Assembly: GCA_013239625.1 (NCBI GenBank)
Contig: MU054187.1
Coordinates: 17,166,711 to 17,230,710 of the forward strand
Reading direction: 5' to 3'
DNA: 64,000 nucleotides
DNA from: Lama guanicoe
Taxonomy: Eukaryota
The position numbers and the translations under genes are program-made. The notes below the pieces were generated by a model. That model worked only from the letters and a program-made list of their open reading frames with translations, made no database searches and was not told the origin of the DNA. Shown here in pieces: positions 39,710-53,059 of the stretch. Each line of letters starts with the position of its first letter. Within the stretch, counting starts at the first letter, position 1.

Positions 39710-41259
39710 AACAGAAAGGAAGACACACACAAGATGCTCACACACACCCTAGAACAAAAGAAATATCAGACTTTGAGACAAAGGAAAGATCAGTAGGCTG
39801 TAGTCCAAACAAGTAGTCTACGGTCATAGATTTTAGCTGTATAACTTAGCTGATAAAAGTCTCAAAAGAAATTATTTGATGCAGGCCCCTTCTTATAGGT
39901 AGGAATGACATGATCTCTGTTTAAAAGACCAAACTGCTGACACACAGTGAGTTTAATCAAATTGCCCAAACTTACAAAGCCATGGCCAGTAGATGGGTAA
40001 GTCAAGTCCACAGTCACCTTTTGCACCTGTGCAGCACCATGGCTGCACTCATTGAAACTCAACATTGTAAATTAGACATTGTGTTTCTTTATGTAGTTGT
40101 AATTGCACCTGTCACCACTAGTTATATGACCACACAATATTTGCCTGGCTGCCTGCAAAATAGTGACTTCTCTCCTCAAGAAATCTACCCATACTTGGAA
40201 TACTACAAAGATGGCTATTTCCCTGGGGTATTTAAACACAAAGAAACTTTGAACATTAGTAAGGCAAGGGCCTCCTGGTGAGATGAATTTCCTGAAATTA
40301 GCATTAATTTTGAGGATCCAAGTTTTCAGATTCTCCAACAACCCACTGGGTGCCAGAGATGTGGGTCAATTAATTGGGCCACCTCCTATCTTTGGCAGTT
40401 CTTTGACAGTGATCAAAACTACTAGTGATCAAAATAGAAAGTGGTATAATTTGGAACTTTAAATTCATGGCTTTCCTTGCTTCATTTCTGTAGGTAACTT
40501 ATCTTCTCATATTTGCACAGCAGTATTAATTAATGCTCTGGCAAGTTACAATGTGGAATTACAACTGTGGAATTACAGTTTATATCCACATGAATACTGA
40601 AGCAATTGAGTATGATTCATATTCTAACAATGAGTACCATAGGAATTAATAGTGATTGTGTCACTTACTACAGCATGTTGCCAAACAATTATTACATGTA
40701 GTTGATGAGCATTTGAATAAATATCATCATACCCTGTACTCAATTAAAACAACAGCGCTAATAATTAATAGCACCATTACTCATACCAAGTTATGGCTGT
40801 GGGCATTGTGTGTTCTAGAAAATGACTGTAGGAATAAATGTTCATTTCAGCTGCATTTATAGCTTGTTTTGAAGTATTAAAGTGTAATTTATGTGAAATA
40901 CATGCATCATTCTCAAAGTAAGAAAGTGGCTTTCTCATCTGCTTGTTGATTGAGAAAAATAAATGATTTTTTTAAAGAAAAACTAAAAATGCAGAGATGA
41001 AGACAAATGCCTCATTCTTTATAACTTGTTTTGTCAAGAAAACATTTAGTATTGTTTCCTAAGAGATAAATGCAATTTGCGGTCAGTTAGAATGAGTAGT
41101 TAATCTACAAAAAAATGGATTATAGATTATTGGATAAACTAGATTTGTTCACTGTCTAAAACAAAAATTTTATTACATTACTTAGGTTAAGTCATCTAAG
41201 GTTCTAGAAATTGTTATCTGGGAAATGTAAACATTAAACTGCTTCTGTCATTAACATAT

Positions 41260-41770
41260 TGTTACCAAGTCCAAACTCGTCCTACTCGCGGCATGACAGG
41301 ACGATAAATCAGGAAACAAGGTGTTGGGGCAGGAATAATGACTTTATTCAGAAAGCCAGCAGACTGAGAAAGTGAGGGACTAATGTCCTAGAGAACTATC
41401 TTCCTCAAGTCAGGATTTAGGCTCCTTTCATACTAAAAAGGGGAGGGGGCGTGGCTGGTTGTTGCAAACTTCCTGGTGTCAGAATCATTTGTTTTTGCAG
41501 CTTCCAGTCACGGTGTCCCTGTAAACCTTCAGTAAGACAAATGTCATTTCCTATTCTGCAACTCTTTATTTTTATATAAATGGGAAAGTGTTATACCTTT
41601 AAAGGTCAGAGCCTTGAGAATAGGCTACCCTGTAGATTTTAGGCTACAGATAACATTATTTTACAAAAGGTGCAGAACCATCAGCATGACTAGGCACAGG
41701 CAACAGATCACAGGATTAGAGCCAAAGGAATAGCTCTAATACGGAGTCACATTTGTTCTTGCCAACTACA
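41260..41770 (-). mobile_element. ERV1-class solo LTR
   Basis: TG...CA termini (tgttacc...aactaca). Perfect 4-bp TSD atat (41256-41259 / 41771-41774). Minus-strand AATAAA (plus-strand tttatt) near 41343. Confidence 0.85.
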
Positions 41771-43122
41771 ATATTAGTAAATCAAATTATATTGTTATGG
41801 GAGCCCTTGACTAAGGGTCTGTGGCACAAAACCAGCACGTTTTGTTGGTGGGACAGGAAGAAACAGTATATTTGTATTAACAGATTTGGCACACACTCTA
41901 CAATCCAAAGATGTATTTCGTTTTTTCCAGTCTTACTACCAAAAACATCCCAGTTCTGTTGCAATTCTAGGAGCTTCAAAGATAGCTAGACACTTAACTC
42001 TGTTGTTACAATGTCTGTGAAAACTCTAAATATATTACATCAGTTCACCATCTTCAAACTCAGAAGTTCACCAACTAGGTGCCCTTTTGGAAACATCTCG
42101 ACTTCTTTGCAATACCCTACCTATGTTAAGAGTCCTCTGAGTTTTCTAGTGTAATAGTATATAAATATACAATGTAAAATAGGTTTATAAATACCCTAAT
42201 ATATCAATAATTATATGTCAGAAAATGCTAACATATCCATTACTCTATGATTAAAGCCAAAAATGAATTCAGTGGAAGTTTAGCCTACTGGGGAGAAAGG
42301 AATTAAAAATAGCTGTCCTGTGAAATATTCCACCCTTGACTATTGGGGAGATGTTTCTGGGGAAAGAAAGAAGGCAGATAACTTGGCTCCTTGTAAACAT
42401 GCTGATAACTGACCTCTTGGTTTATAGACCAATGGCATTTGCGAGGAGAGTCCCACTGCATGAGCTGCTTTGTTTATCATGACCCTGGCTCGGGACTGCT
42501 CACAATAAGCAAATCTATAATCTATGGATTTATGAGGTATGACTCTCTGGAGATTGTCACGTAAGCTATACAGATCTCTGGGGTATGAAATGGAGATATT
42601 TCATAACCCAAATTCATTCTAACATCTTTGTGAGTGAACCTGGAAACCTCTTTTCTTTTCTTCTGCATCTCAGTTACTAATCTAGAATAACTATATACAC
42701 CATATAATCACTGGGAGAATAAATACCAAACAATGAAAACTGCTTAGTATATAGTTAACAATACAGAACACAAATAACAAAACTTGCTCTGACTTCAGTA
42801 ATTAAGAACCAGTTTACTTTGTTTGACTTTAGCCTGGAAACCTCTTTGGTAACCCAATGTCCATCCACTTGGAGAGTATGGGACCCTGACAGGAAAGAAG
42901 GACCCGAAGAGCCATGTGGGGTACTCTACACACCCTCCTGCTTCACCTGTATCTCATGATTGTGTGCATCCTTAGTGAAATTTAATGCTGTGTAAGATAT
43001 TTAGTTTATGTGAAGACTGAATCTTTTCTTACCTACATCTAAATGTCTTTCACCAAAGATCGTGGAATAGGTACAGGGCAAGGATGACACGGACATGTTT
43101 TTCAAACTACACACGTAAGTCT

Positions 43123-45486
43123 TGTTACCCAAAGCAAGTTTGTGTGCCCGCTGCACCACGAGGCCAAACAAACTGAAACATCAGAGTTCAGAGCAGAGAA
43201 AGTTTTATTGCAGGACCAAGCAAGGAGGACAGGGTGGCTCCTGTTCAGGAAAACCCCTAACTCTCTGAAGGGTTTCAGCAAAGCATATTTCAGGCACCAC
43301 GGGTTCCTGCTTGGTTACAACTTCCCCTCTTTGCTTTGATATGTCTCAGTCTTGAAGAGAACAGGTATAGACCAGAAAGGTCTAATGCCTGTCAAATAAT
43401 TGTTTGGTCAGAGAGGTTAATCACAACCTCAGCAGAGGAACTCGGTTCCAGGGGGACTCGGTCTAAATCTCCAATCCTGTCATCCTTCATCCTTCCCCAC
43501 ATCTTTCAGGCAAGGGGCCGACAGCCACTCCGACTACTTCCTGTTGAAATGGCACTCACCCTGTCTCAGTTTGGGGGACGGACACTGAATGGTAAATATC
43601 CCCAGATTTCAAGGCCTGGACCTGAGTCTTGTATGATTAAGATCCCAATCTTTAGCCCACCTTTTTGTGCCAACAAACCCAATTAGGATAAGTTGGAGGA
43701 GTGACAACCAGAACTTCAATGGACGAAATAGATCTCGTTGCCGATTCCCAGAAGAACTCAGGAGACTATGCCTGAAAACCAGTCTGCACCTGTCACTTTA
43801 GGCGAGACTTGTAGTCAGTCGTCTACTTTTAATCTAAGTAGTTTTTAACTTCTGATGGGGTATTTACATGCCATATTGGCCACGACACGTCTCCTTTTTT
43901 TCTGCTAACATCTGAAATAATTTTATTGTCTAAAAATTTAATAGCTACAAGAGGAGACCTTGAAGTCATAAGGTTGCAGCTTCCAGCAGACACTGCTTGG
44001 AGAATGGTTGGTGGTGTCCCGAGTATGACACAGCCCAGAAAGTCTGAGTTCTCAACAACATAAGAACATGTCTGAAATCACACCCCCAGTGGCCACCTAG
44101 TTTTACCTTGAATGTCTGAACCACAGATATTCTGTTTTGACTTTCAAATTCATCCCCCTTCGGATGTAAAATGCATGTCCAAAAGGTCATAAGACAGGTA
44201 AAGTTAAACTGTGTATAAGCCAGAATCACTTCCCTATACCTCAGTTTTTCAAAATATACCCTAGGAGGACTACATATGATGGAACAGAGCTCTGATCATC
44301 CACACTTAATCATTCACAGCCGATGTATCAAATACCAAGCAAACAACAATTCAAAACAGGTTCTCAGGGTCACAGTTCCCTGGCCTCAAAAGGGAGATGC
44401 CAAAGCAAGCCCCATCAGTCCAACAGGGAGAACCCCAACCAGTGCCCCAGAGAAAGGGACCGTCTTGAGCAAAGCTGCACCACAGGTGAGGCCAGCGCCA
44501 TAGGGGAGGACACCCTGGTGTCGTCCCACATGAGCCCCGTGACTCAAAGCTGTCTCAGCTGACCAATGCAAGTTCTGATACACACACACAAACAACAAAC
44601 ACGGTCCCCTAAACAAAAGTTCACACAAGATGTGGCCCCCAAATTCCACTTCCACTCGCAGACGGAGGCCTCCAACAGATTGGCCCAGCTCTCAAAAGAA
44701 AACAGACCCAGAGTGGCTCCCAGTGAGCCCAGAGCAGCTCACATCCCAGTGGGAATGAGCCCAGGTGGGGTGGGGAGAATTCCCAGCCTGTGTGAGCTGG
44801 AGCCACTCACCCCCAGGCGACTCCGAAGTGTTTCTCGGCTCCAAACAGCCTCTTGCTGGGCGGGGCGGGTCGGCTGGTGCTTGTTAGGAAGAGCCCCTCC
44901 CGGTTCCTGGGAGTGAAGGGAGCTCTGGCAGCTGCTGGGACCCAGGGAAGGGGCTACCCCCAGCTGGGGGCGACCTGCCACCGGCACAGACTCCTGGTGG
45001 CTCACCAAAATTGTCCCCAAAGGCAAGTTCGTGTGCCCGCTGCACCCCGAGGCCAAACAAACTGAAACATCGGAGTTTGGAGACAAGGAAGTTTGAGTGC
45101 AGGGCTGAGCAAGGAGGACAGGGTGGCTCATGCCCAAGAAAACCCCAAACTCCCCAGATGGTTTCAGGAAAGTATATTTAGAAGCCGGGTAACGGGGTGG
45201 GGTCGCAGCTGCGTGATCAGCTGTGCACAGTTCTCTGGTTGGTTGACGTGGAGGTAACAGGGCAGTCAATACCACCAACCCCGAAGTGCCAGAAGGTCTG
45301 GGGGCCACGGACTCTTAATCATCAAGCAGTTAATTTCTTCCCATTGGTGGTGATTTTTAGCATCTGAAAAACTCAGGAAATATACATGAGATGCTATTAC
45401 CTGGGTGTTTCAGAGAGGAGCTGCAGCAGAGGATATGAGCCAGAGGTCTGACCCCGGAAGGCACCACAGGGTCCTGCTCAGTTACA
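43123..45486 (-). mobile_element. Non-autonomous ERV1-type provirus (two LTRs, about 1.7-kb non-coding internal region)
   Basis: Direct-repeat LTRs 43123-43319 (internally deleted) and 45012-45486. PPT (caaagaggggaagt on minus) at 43320-43333. PBS at 44991-45007. TSD gtct/gcct. Confidence 0.9.
44991..45007 (-). promoter_or_regulatory. Retroviral primer-binding site, tRNA-Arg(ACG)-like
   Basis: Plus strand ctcctgg-tggctcacca versus tRNA-Arg(ACG) 3' end ctcctggctggctcgcca (recalled), 4 nt inside the 5' LTR boundary. Confidence 0.75.
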
Positions 45487-46169
45487 GCCTCATGGAACCA
45501 CCATGTAGTCTCCTAGCACAAGACTATGAGCCCAAAGTCTCCTCAGAATTTTTTTCCCCTCAGTGTCTAGTGTCAGTATCACTAATCATAAATAGTTATA
45601 AATTCCTTAAGATTTTTGTTTTCACTTTTCTTGTTTTTCCCTTTTTCTTTTCTTGCTTTTTGTTTGTTTGTCTTGTCTTTTTTACTCAAGGGTATACATC
45701 TTGTTTGTTTGTTTTTTCCTTCTGGTGAAAGTTTTACAAAGGTTAATGATAGGACAAAGGAAATCAAGTACCAAAGAGTTTAAACTAATGGAACTTTAAG
45801 ATGTATTTTGTCTGTTTCTTTCTCTGTATTCCATCAAAGAGGATCTCCAGTCCTTACTTTTTCTCCACACAAAACAAAGTAATCACTGTCCACTTAAAAG
45901 TCTATCCACTAGTTTATGCCCCATTCAAAAAGTATCTTTTCACTTTATGGATTCTCTTCAAGGGCAAAATTGCATGAACGTAAAATCAGTGCTTAGAGTT
46001 TTACTTTGATGTTTTCCTTTCACTACTTGTTCTCAACTCTGGCTTCCAGGAATTCCTGCAGCAAGCTCTCAACCTACAGTAACCATTCTCAACTCATATT
46101 CTATGTCCAAAGGAGACTCTGTAATGCACAGAAATTCTACAGGTGATTGTGATAAGCATCCTGCTCTAT

Positions 46170-46192
46170 ACACACACACACACACACACACA
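46170..46192. repeat. (AC)n microsatellite
   Basis: Direct reading. Confidence 0.9.
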
Positions 46193-46900
46193 TTCACAAA
46201 ACACACACTCACTAGGAATATGTGTTCTGAGACAATTCATCTTCACTTTGTAGCATTGTGATATGGTCAACTTAAAGCCAGGATTCTATTTCATGGCCAA
46301 GAAATCTAACGAGAAAAGCTATGACCCATAATACTGGTCTCATTATCACTTTGCTTTAATCAGTTGAGCTGATTGACTCTTAAAAAAAGAAGGGAGCTAT
46401 TAGAATATAATAAAATGGTGAAATGTATAAATCCATTTATAGCCATGCTTTATTTCATGATCAGAGATCCTGAATTTAGTACATTTATTAGTGGAATGAA
46501 AATGTGCCTTATACTGGAATATACAATGAATTGTGACTCTCAAAATCAAGAAAATGTACTTGACTCCTCCATTTACTTGTGAACAATACTTTTGGTACAC
46601 CATTATCTTTGGGGGAGTCTTTAGTTATTCAGTATGAAGGCTCATTTTCTCAGCCAAAGGTTGGAGTAATAGTATTTATTTGAAATGTAAATGAAGACTT
46701 CCACCGAGGAATGTATGTTTCATTTTGCATTTGTCTCTAATCAGAATGTCCTATGAATAATGTAGTTTGGCACCAATGTCCTCATTAAGCAAGTTTCCCA
46801 TTATTGCGTTTCTGATTATAATCTCCTCGTTTAACTTCCTTTACTATTCCTGCTGATGATCATTCATATGCTTAGGTCTTCAATATTAATCTGAACACAC

Positions 46901-46937
<37 letters not shown>

Positions 46938-46950
46938 ACACACACACACA
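46901..46950. repeat. (CA)n microsatellite with two CG interruptions
   Basis: Direct reading. Confidence 0.95.
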
Positions 46951-47619
46951 GACAGCCTCCTGTAGATGAAAATCAAATTATATTGATGTCCAGATGTCCT
47001 TTAAATAAAGGGTTGTTATCCATTGTGTATCCAAGAAATGGTATGGAGTTGAATTGTCAGACTGGGCTAAAAGAGAAAATGAGTTTCAAACTAGTTTCAA
47101 TTTCTATCCATCTACAAGGCAATTTTACAATTATACTGATTGACAGCAATGGCCAAGAAAGAAATAGAATGGCAAAAGAAATGGAACTAACTAAAATAGC
47201 TTGCTGTTGTGTTTTCTTATTTTTTTCATTTGCTCTGTTCACCACAGAATTATGCAATATTAGAATTTGTAAAGGATTGTGAGAGATCCATATTTTAACC
47301 ATATGAGAGCTCAAAAGAAGTCCTTTTCATAACCAAATATCAATTTCAACTTTCTAACTCTAGAAAAAAGTACAGAAGAAAAATTCACATTTTATCTCCT
47401 TGTAACTTTAACGAGGCTAAAGAAATGACAAACTTAAGGAGTGTTGATAATAAAGAGTCAAACCCCAAGCTAGAAAGAGAATTCTCATTCCTAGTCACAT
47501 GCCTTTATTCCTGTGTTTCTACAAACCACATTTTAACCATAGTCAAAGTCCTAGGAAGGAATTTATTAATCAGGGAGCATTTGCCAGTATGCTTTTCCTT
47601 ATTTATTTCAATGAAAATA

Positions 47620-47840
47620 AAGATGTTCATCATGTCCTGTATAAAAATGAATCAAATACATTTAACATATATATGTTAAGGGCATGGGGAAAAATATAAA
47701 CTATATATACGAACTGTAAATAGAGGTTACCTCTGGGGAAGGGATTGATAGATGAAAAAAGACTTTCATAATTTAGTGTGAATATTTCTATACTATTTAA
47801 TTATTTTATAATGACTTAATATTTGTAATTATAAAAACAG
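47620..47840 (+). mobile_element. Old L1 (L1MC4/L1ME-like) 3' end
   Basis: aatagaggttacctctggggaagggattg...gactttcat...tatttctatactattt...tttgtaattataaaaa. Confidence 0.5.
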
Positions 47841-48559
47841 CACATTATTTTCTTCAAATTTTCATATGCTTGAAGTTCCTTAGCTGTCTTTTTATCTAAA
47901 TTAGCACATTTCCAAAATTTCCTAACAGATATAATTTTCCACATAACCCATATTAAATCTTTCTGTATATTCTTCTTGAAATCTTTACAATTTTTTTAAT
48001 GTTGTATTTTATTACCATCATCCCAAATTAGACACAGTCCTTTTGTAAGCATTGCACTAATATTGAATTAATAAGACAATTCTGTGTTTCTATGTGGACT
48101 TTTTTTTTTTCTTAATAGAGAAAGTGATGTATATTTGGGGCAGATTTTCAAAGAAACAAAGCAGACGAGATAGTTTTTCCTTAGTACTTGTTTGGATTAA
48201 TATACATTTTAAAACCACCTGCCAACATTAAGCAGGATTAGGTTTGGGCAGTGAAAGTATGACCCTATGATTAGAGTATGGGGAGCCTTATATTTTCAGA
48301 TTTTTACATTTCTAAAATAGTTTCTATTGAAGATCATGAGGGGCATACTCAGCATTTGCCTTGCTGTTATCCTTTTCATCAGAGGTTTAAAATTCAATGC
48401 CATTGTAGGAACCTATTATTAATATCCTGACTGTTTTCTTTATGAAAAATATTGGAGAATATTCATTAAAAGTCATGTCAAAAGCATTCACTGAACACCT
48501 ACTTTATTCAAAGATCAGGCTTAGGAATCTCAGGGAGATAAAAAGGTGTTCCTTCATTA

Positions 48560-48780
48560 ATAAAAACGCTCACCACTTACTGAACCCGTGTTCAGAATGA
48601 TGCTAAGTTCTTTCTGTGAATTATTTAATCTTTATAATGCTGCTCTAAGATAAGGTGTCGTGTTTATAGATGAGGGAAGAAATTTGGACTTTGTGAGATT
48701 AAATATCTTGCTCTCTTAAAGTGGGAGAGTTGTGATTTGCAATTAGATCTTTCTGACTCTAAAATCCATTTTTGCCATAC
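48560..48780 (-). mobile_element. MIR SINE remnant
   Basis: caccacttactgaaccc...ttatttaatctttataat...tttatagatgaggg...agatctttctgactctaaaatcc. Confidence 0.5.
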
Positions 48781-49025
48781 ATCCAACAGATAACTCATAT
48801 ATTTTCCCGGGTCCATTCAATTGGATGTAGGAAATTGCATTTTAGGAATATTTCCTCAAGTTCTTAATCCACAGAGCACTGTTCCCATAGCCCAATATGT
48901 AGACAAAATATAAATAATGTAAAATAGAATATGTTAATGGTCATATTCATGATGCAAGTGTTTTTAAGAGCATAGAGAAGGAGCATTGCTTGTAAAATAA
49001 AAGTGGTCATTACAAAATTAAGACT

Positions 49026-49170
49026 GGGGGGAGGGTATAACTCAAGTGGTAGAGTGCATGCTTAGCACGCATGGGGTCCCAGGTTCAATCCCCACTACCT
49101 CCATTAAAAAATGATAATAATTAAATAAATAAACCTAATTACCTCCCTTGTCCCCAAAGCCCCCAAAAAA
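49026..49170 (+). mobile_element. tRNA-Ala-derived SINE (camelid Vic-1 type), long-tailed form
   Basis: ggggggagggtataactcaagtggtagagtgcatgcttagcacgc...ggttcaatccccactacctcca + aaataaacctaattacctccc tail. TSD-like aaaattaagact / aaagttaagagt. Confidence 0.9.
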
Positions 49171-49415
49171 GTTAAGAGTAAATAGTGATTTAAAGTAAAA
49201 TTAGTTCCTGGAGAAGTAGGGAAGAAAAGAAGAGTTTACAGGAAAAGAAAATGTTATTTATGAACAATTACATGAGGGCAGGAAATGGATGAGAAGTATC
49301 TGAAATAGGAATTCGCTGCAGGTGACATTTTGATAGTAGGTGGAAAATTTGCCTAGAGGTAGGAAAAAGTAAACGATAAATGAAGCGAGAAGTTGATTTC
49401 CCCGGAAAGAGTTTT

Positions 49416-49790
49416 TGTCTTAGGCCATGTCTTGGGAGATTACAACAAAATATCACCTACTAGGTAGCTGGTAAACAATAGGGATTTCTTTCTCACAGTT
49501 CTGGGAGCTGGGAAGTCTAAACTATTGGCACCAGCAGATTCGACGTGGTGGCTCCTGGCGGCCACTTCCTGATTTACATGCAAGTGTCTTCCCTTTATGT
49601 CCTAACAGGTCAAAGGAGTTGAAAGATCTCTCTGCAGCCTTTTACTGTAAGAGCACTGATGTCATTCAGGAGGGCTCCTCCCTCATAACCTAATTACCTC
49701 CCAGAGGCCCCACTTCCTAATGCCATCACATTGTACATTAGGATTTCAACATATGAACTTTGAGAATATACAAACTTTCAGACCATAGCA
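49416..49790 (-). mobile_element. MaLR solo LTR (MLT1A-like) inserted in the ERVL 3' LTR
   Basis: tgtcttagg...ttctcacagttctgggagctgggaagtc...acctaattacctcccagaggccccacttcctaat...ttcagaccatagca. TSD gtttt/gattt. Confidence 0.85.
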
Positions 49791-50519
49791 GATTTCAAGA
49801 CCGAGATGGCATGCAGAAGGTTTGTTAGGAAGAATGTACTTAGTAAACACACCACTAAGGCACAGAGGATAGGAGGATTGGGCAGACAGGGAAATTAAAC
49901 TGTGATGCAGTTGCAACTGATACCACAACTCATATCACATATTGCACTGAAGTTGGGATGGCTCTTTAAAGTTGTCCCAAATTGACCTGGACCTTGAACC
50001 CTATCATTGACTAGTCATTTGATGTGAACTGCTCCTGAGGAAGGAGAATGACCCTAGGGAGGTAGACTTTTAGGCTCAAAGTAATTGCAAGAGAAGAGCC
50101 CCGCTGTGAGCCACCAGCAGTCCACATCCCTAGTTATTGGAAGAAGGAATATCTTGATCCTGAAAGGGGAGCTCAGGGGTGTACTTACTACGGTCTAGCC
50201 GATGTGTCACTTGGATACATGAGCTTTGTGTGTTAAGCTTACCCCATGTAGGAAAACTCCTCCAGGATTGTGGTCAGCCTTTTCCTAGGGAGAATTACAA
50301 GATTAAGTTTAGGAGTGAAAAGTAAGCGCCTGATTATCATGCTCTTTTCAAGCTATTGCTGCTGAACTTAAGTTGAGCAGGGGACTGCCAAGTCACATAC
50401 CAATAAGATCATCCGGGTACCCAATGTGTTCTTCTCTGTCATATCCAAAATATTCCTGAATCCATATACATCCTTGCTTCAGGCTACTTTTCTTTCCATC
50501 AATATGAACTTTCAGGGCT

Positions 50520-51200
50520 GTGCAACGTGGAGTTCCCATTAGGAGGATATCCCCACACCCCTGCCTGTCAAATCACTCTTGAGTTTAGCTAAACTGCAGC
50601 AGTGATCCATTTTCAGTTTCAACCTCAAAATCAAGCCAATGCACACCTGTACCACAACTGGTCTTCTTTGGTCAGTTGGTCATAAGGTACACAATCCTGT
50701 GATGACATAGGAATGACCTGAGGGAGAGGCACCCATGTAATGATAATGGTACATCGCCCGGGAGTCTAGGCTACCTTCTTATTAATTAATTAATTAGTAG
50801 GGGGAGATCATTAGGTCTATTTATTGATAGTTTTTTTCTTCAATGAGGGTACTGGGGATTGAACCCAGGACCTCATGCATGCTAAGCATGCACTCTACCC
50901 CTTGAGCTATATCCTCCCCCTAGGCTACCTTTTCATGCAACTTATTTGGGCTCATTGGCCCCACTCTTGTCCAGTCCAGGAAGCACCACTTCTAACATGT
51001 GATGGATTCCTGCTGGTTCTGCCTAACCTTATGACTCGGTTGGTGTGACGAAAGCCAGCTTATGACGGGCAGCTCTGGCTGCATGTTCATGCTTGTGCTA
51101 TGTATCTCTAGCAAGGTTTAGTGTACTAACCTGTTTTCCAAATGGAATAAGAAGTTTTGATGCAGGTGGCATGGCTTGATGCCAGAATTCTGGGGTCTGG
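50520..51200 (-). pseudogene. pol: ERVL pol remnant (RT connection / RNase H region), disrupted
   Basis: Manual translation gives EFWHQAMPPASKLLIPFGKQV, NMQPELPVISWLSSHQPSHKVRQNQQESITC*KWCFLDWTRVGPMSPNKLHEKVA and VPYDQLTKEDQ, compared with recalled ERVL Pol GFWSKALP..PFERQL, TMRPELPIMNWVLSDPSSHKVGHAQQHSIIKWKWYIRDRARAGPEGTSKLHEEVA and VPYDQLTEEEK. Stops, frameshifts and a SINE interrupt it. Confidence 0.8.
50778..50920 (-). mobile_element. tRNA-Ala-derived SINE (camelid Vic-1 type) inserted in ERVL pol
   Basis: Antisense SINE head (actggggattgaacccaggacctcatgcatgctaagcatgcactctaccccttgagctatatcctccccc). Perfect 11-bp TSD taggctacctt (50767-50777 / 50921-50931). Confidence 0.92.
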
Positions 51201-53059
51201 GGTGTATGTTAAAATTTTCCCACAGGGGCTTGCTCTAATTCCATGTGGCATTTTTCCTCCAGCAAAACACCTAATTCCACAGGTTTTGCTGAGTTAAATG
51301 CCAAAGCAACAGTGCTGCTTGCAGCATAGCCTCCACCTGCGTTTTGTGTTCCAAGGCAGAGGTCTTTGCATTACCCTCAAACAAGGAGGGGACCGATACC
51401 CTTAAGTGGAAATATGGGCACTTCTTCAGTCACAGAGGGTTTAGGAGAGTTTGGAATTTCAAGATTTTTGAGCATATGGTCACAGAGGTTCTCATCAAAA
51501 GCTCAGGGACCCACATATTCCACCTTAAGCCCTTGATGTGATAAAGGAGTTGATTTTATTACAGTAGAATTGCTGGGCTAAGAAGTCAGACATTTTTGAA
51601 GTTCTGCTAGTCTTAAAACTAAGTCTTCCCTGATCCCTTTTTTTGTTTTGTTGTTTTCAGCTTGAAGGACTTGAAAATTTCTTTATGTGCTGTCAAGGAG
51701 GCCCACTGACTTTTACGCTCTGCCTTAGACTGAGGATCAATCACCCCCACAGCTTTTTTTTAAACTTTCTTCTGTATCTTGATAACACCCAGCAATAGCA
51801 TCTGGTTCCAGTGTCCTTATAACTTCCACACTTTTGAAACTTTCAAAGGCCAAAGATACTGCATCAGCCGGTGTACCCTCTCCCACGGCACCTCACCTTG
51901 TTTGCCACTGAGCTACTAACAATGTTCAGAACCTCACTGCTGTAGTTATGCCAGGAGTTATCAGTCTTCTGCTCCGAAATCTACTAAGGGGCTACTGTTT
52001 AGGACCTGCTCTCACACCAAATGTCATAATTTAGGTTCCCTGGATGTAGAAACTCTGGGAGAGATTTTCAGGTAGAAGGTAAATTAGACTAGACCAAGTG
52101 AGAAATCGAACTACAATGAGGTTGCAAAAGAGGCCTCAGCCAACCCTACATGGAGCTCTGAACAAGAACAGCAATTTGGAGATGTTCTGCATTGGCTAAG
52201 GAGGCCAGATCTTTTACCCTTACGTCATCGGGTATTCAGAGTCTCCTGTCCCGAGGAGGAAACATTACTTCTGCTGGAGCAATTCCCGCTGGTCAGTGGA
52301 CTCTCTGAAGAGAAGCTAAGCTGTTAGCCGGCAGTGGTCTTGAAGAGTCCCAGTCTTGAAGGGCATCTGACCGGCACAACACAGCACTTGAAACACAGGA
52401 GAACTTATCATTAAAGAACCAAGGACAGAGATGGAGTATATTTGTTACCTTGGCATGAGGAGGAAAGAGAAGTCATCTTAAACTGCATGGTCTCAATTCA
52501 AGTATATATGGGCAAGGACACAAAAGAACACAGTTTCTTCTGATAGTCGCTGTTATTTAATCCTGTGAAACAGTGACGTAACCATTACCCACCCCACCCC
52601 ACCCATCCACTGAAGATCACGGTAGACATGGTATGGTTAATACTGAGACATAGGGAACAGCCACAAAGAAATACACTTTGAGAATTCCATTGAGCCTTTT
52701 CCATGTAGCAGTAAACCAGGAAGTTATGTTTTTTTTCCTGCCCCAAATCTAAAGTCATCCTTATAAATTCTTTTATTATTGCCTGAACACAGAGAGAACT
52801 GTTATGCTGAGCAGAAGCGTTTCAGATTTCTCAGCATCATGTCAGAGAATAACAAACTTCCTTCTGTTTCAAAGTTGTGAGGCTCAGTTGTAATGTTTCA
52901 ATGTAGAGAAATCACATATTAGTGCTATAACAAAAAAAGTCATTCGTGATCTCACAGTACTGAATCATCTTTAAGTGCCAGGCAATTTTTAAGATACTGA
53001 AGAAATAGAAATAAAGAAAGAAGACACTGCCCCTGACCTCACTTTAGGGAGCTGATAAG

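Larger units (their letters stand above)
49390..52395 (-). mobile_element. Deleted ERVL provirus with LTR16-like LTRs (about 49390-50192 and 52022-52395)
   Basis: Both LTRs share gaaatt/tcgaact...gttgcaa...ctgaagggg/gaagggcatctg motifs. PBS-like tttggtgtgagagcaggtcct on minus at 52001-52021. pol-like peptides lie in the internal region. Confidence 0.75.

Noticed and set aside
42392..42402. tgtaaacat resembling the miR-30 5' end (also near 41226)
   Set aside because: The match ends after 9 nt and no precursor hairpin is visible.
44960..44973. CTCF-like ccagctgggggcga in the ERV leader, and weaker gacgccctttgcagg at 54552-54566
   Set aside because: Mismatches at informative core positions; cannot be supported without PWM scoring or ChIP.
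44739..45308. Longest ORF (189 aa, minus) and overlapping 100+ aa ORFs at 43336-45728
   Set aside because: It runs across the LTR, PBS and leader of an ERV; GC-rich sequence has few stops, and there are no Gag/Pol/Env motifs.
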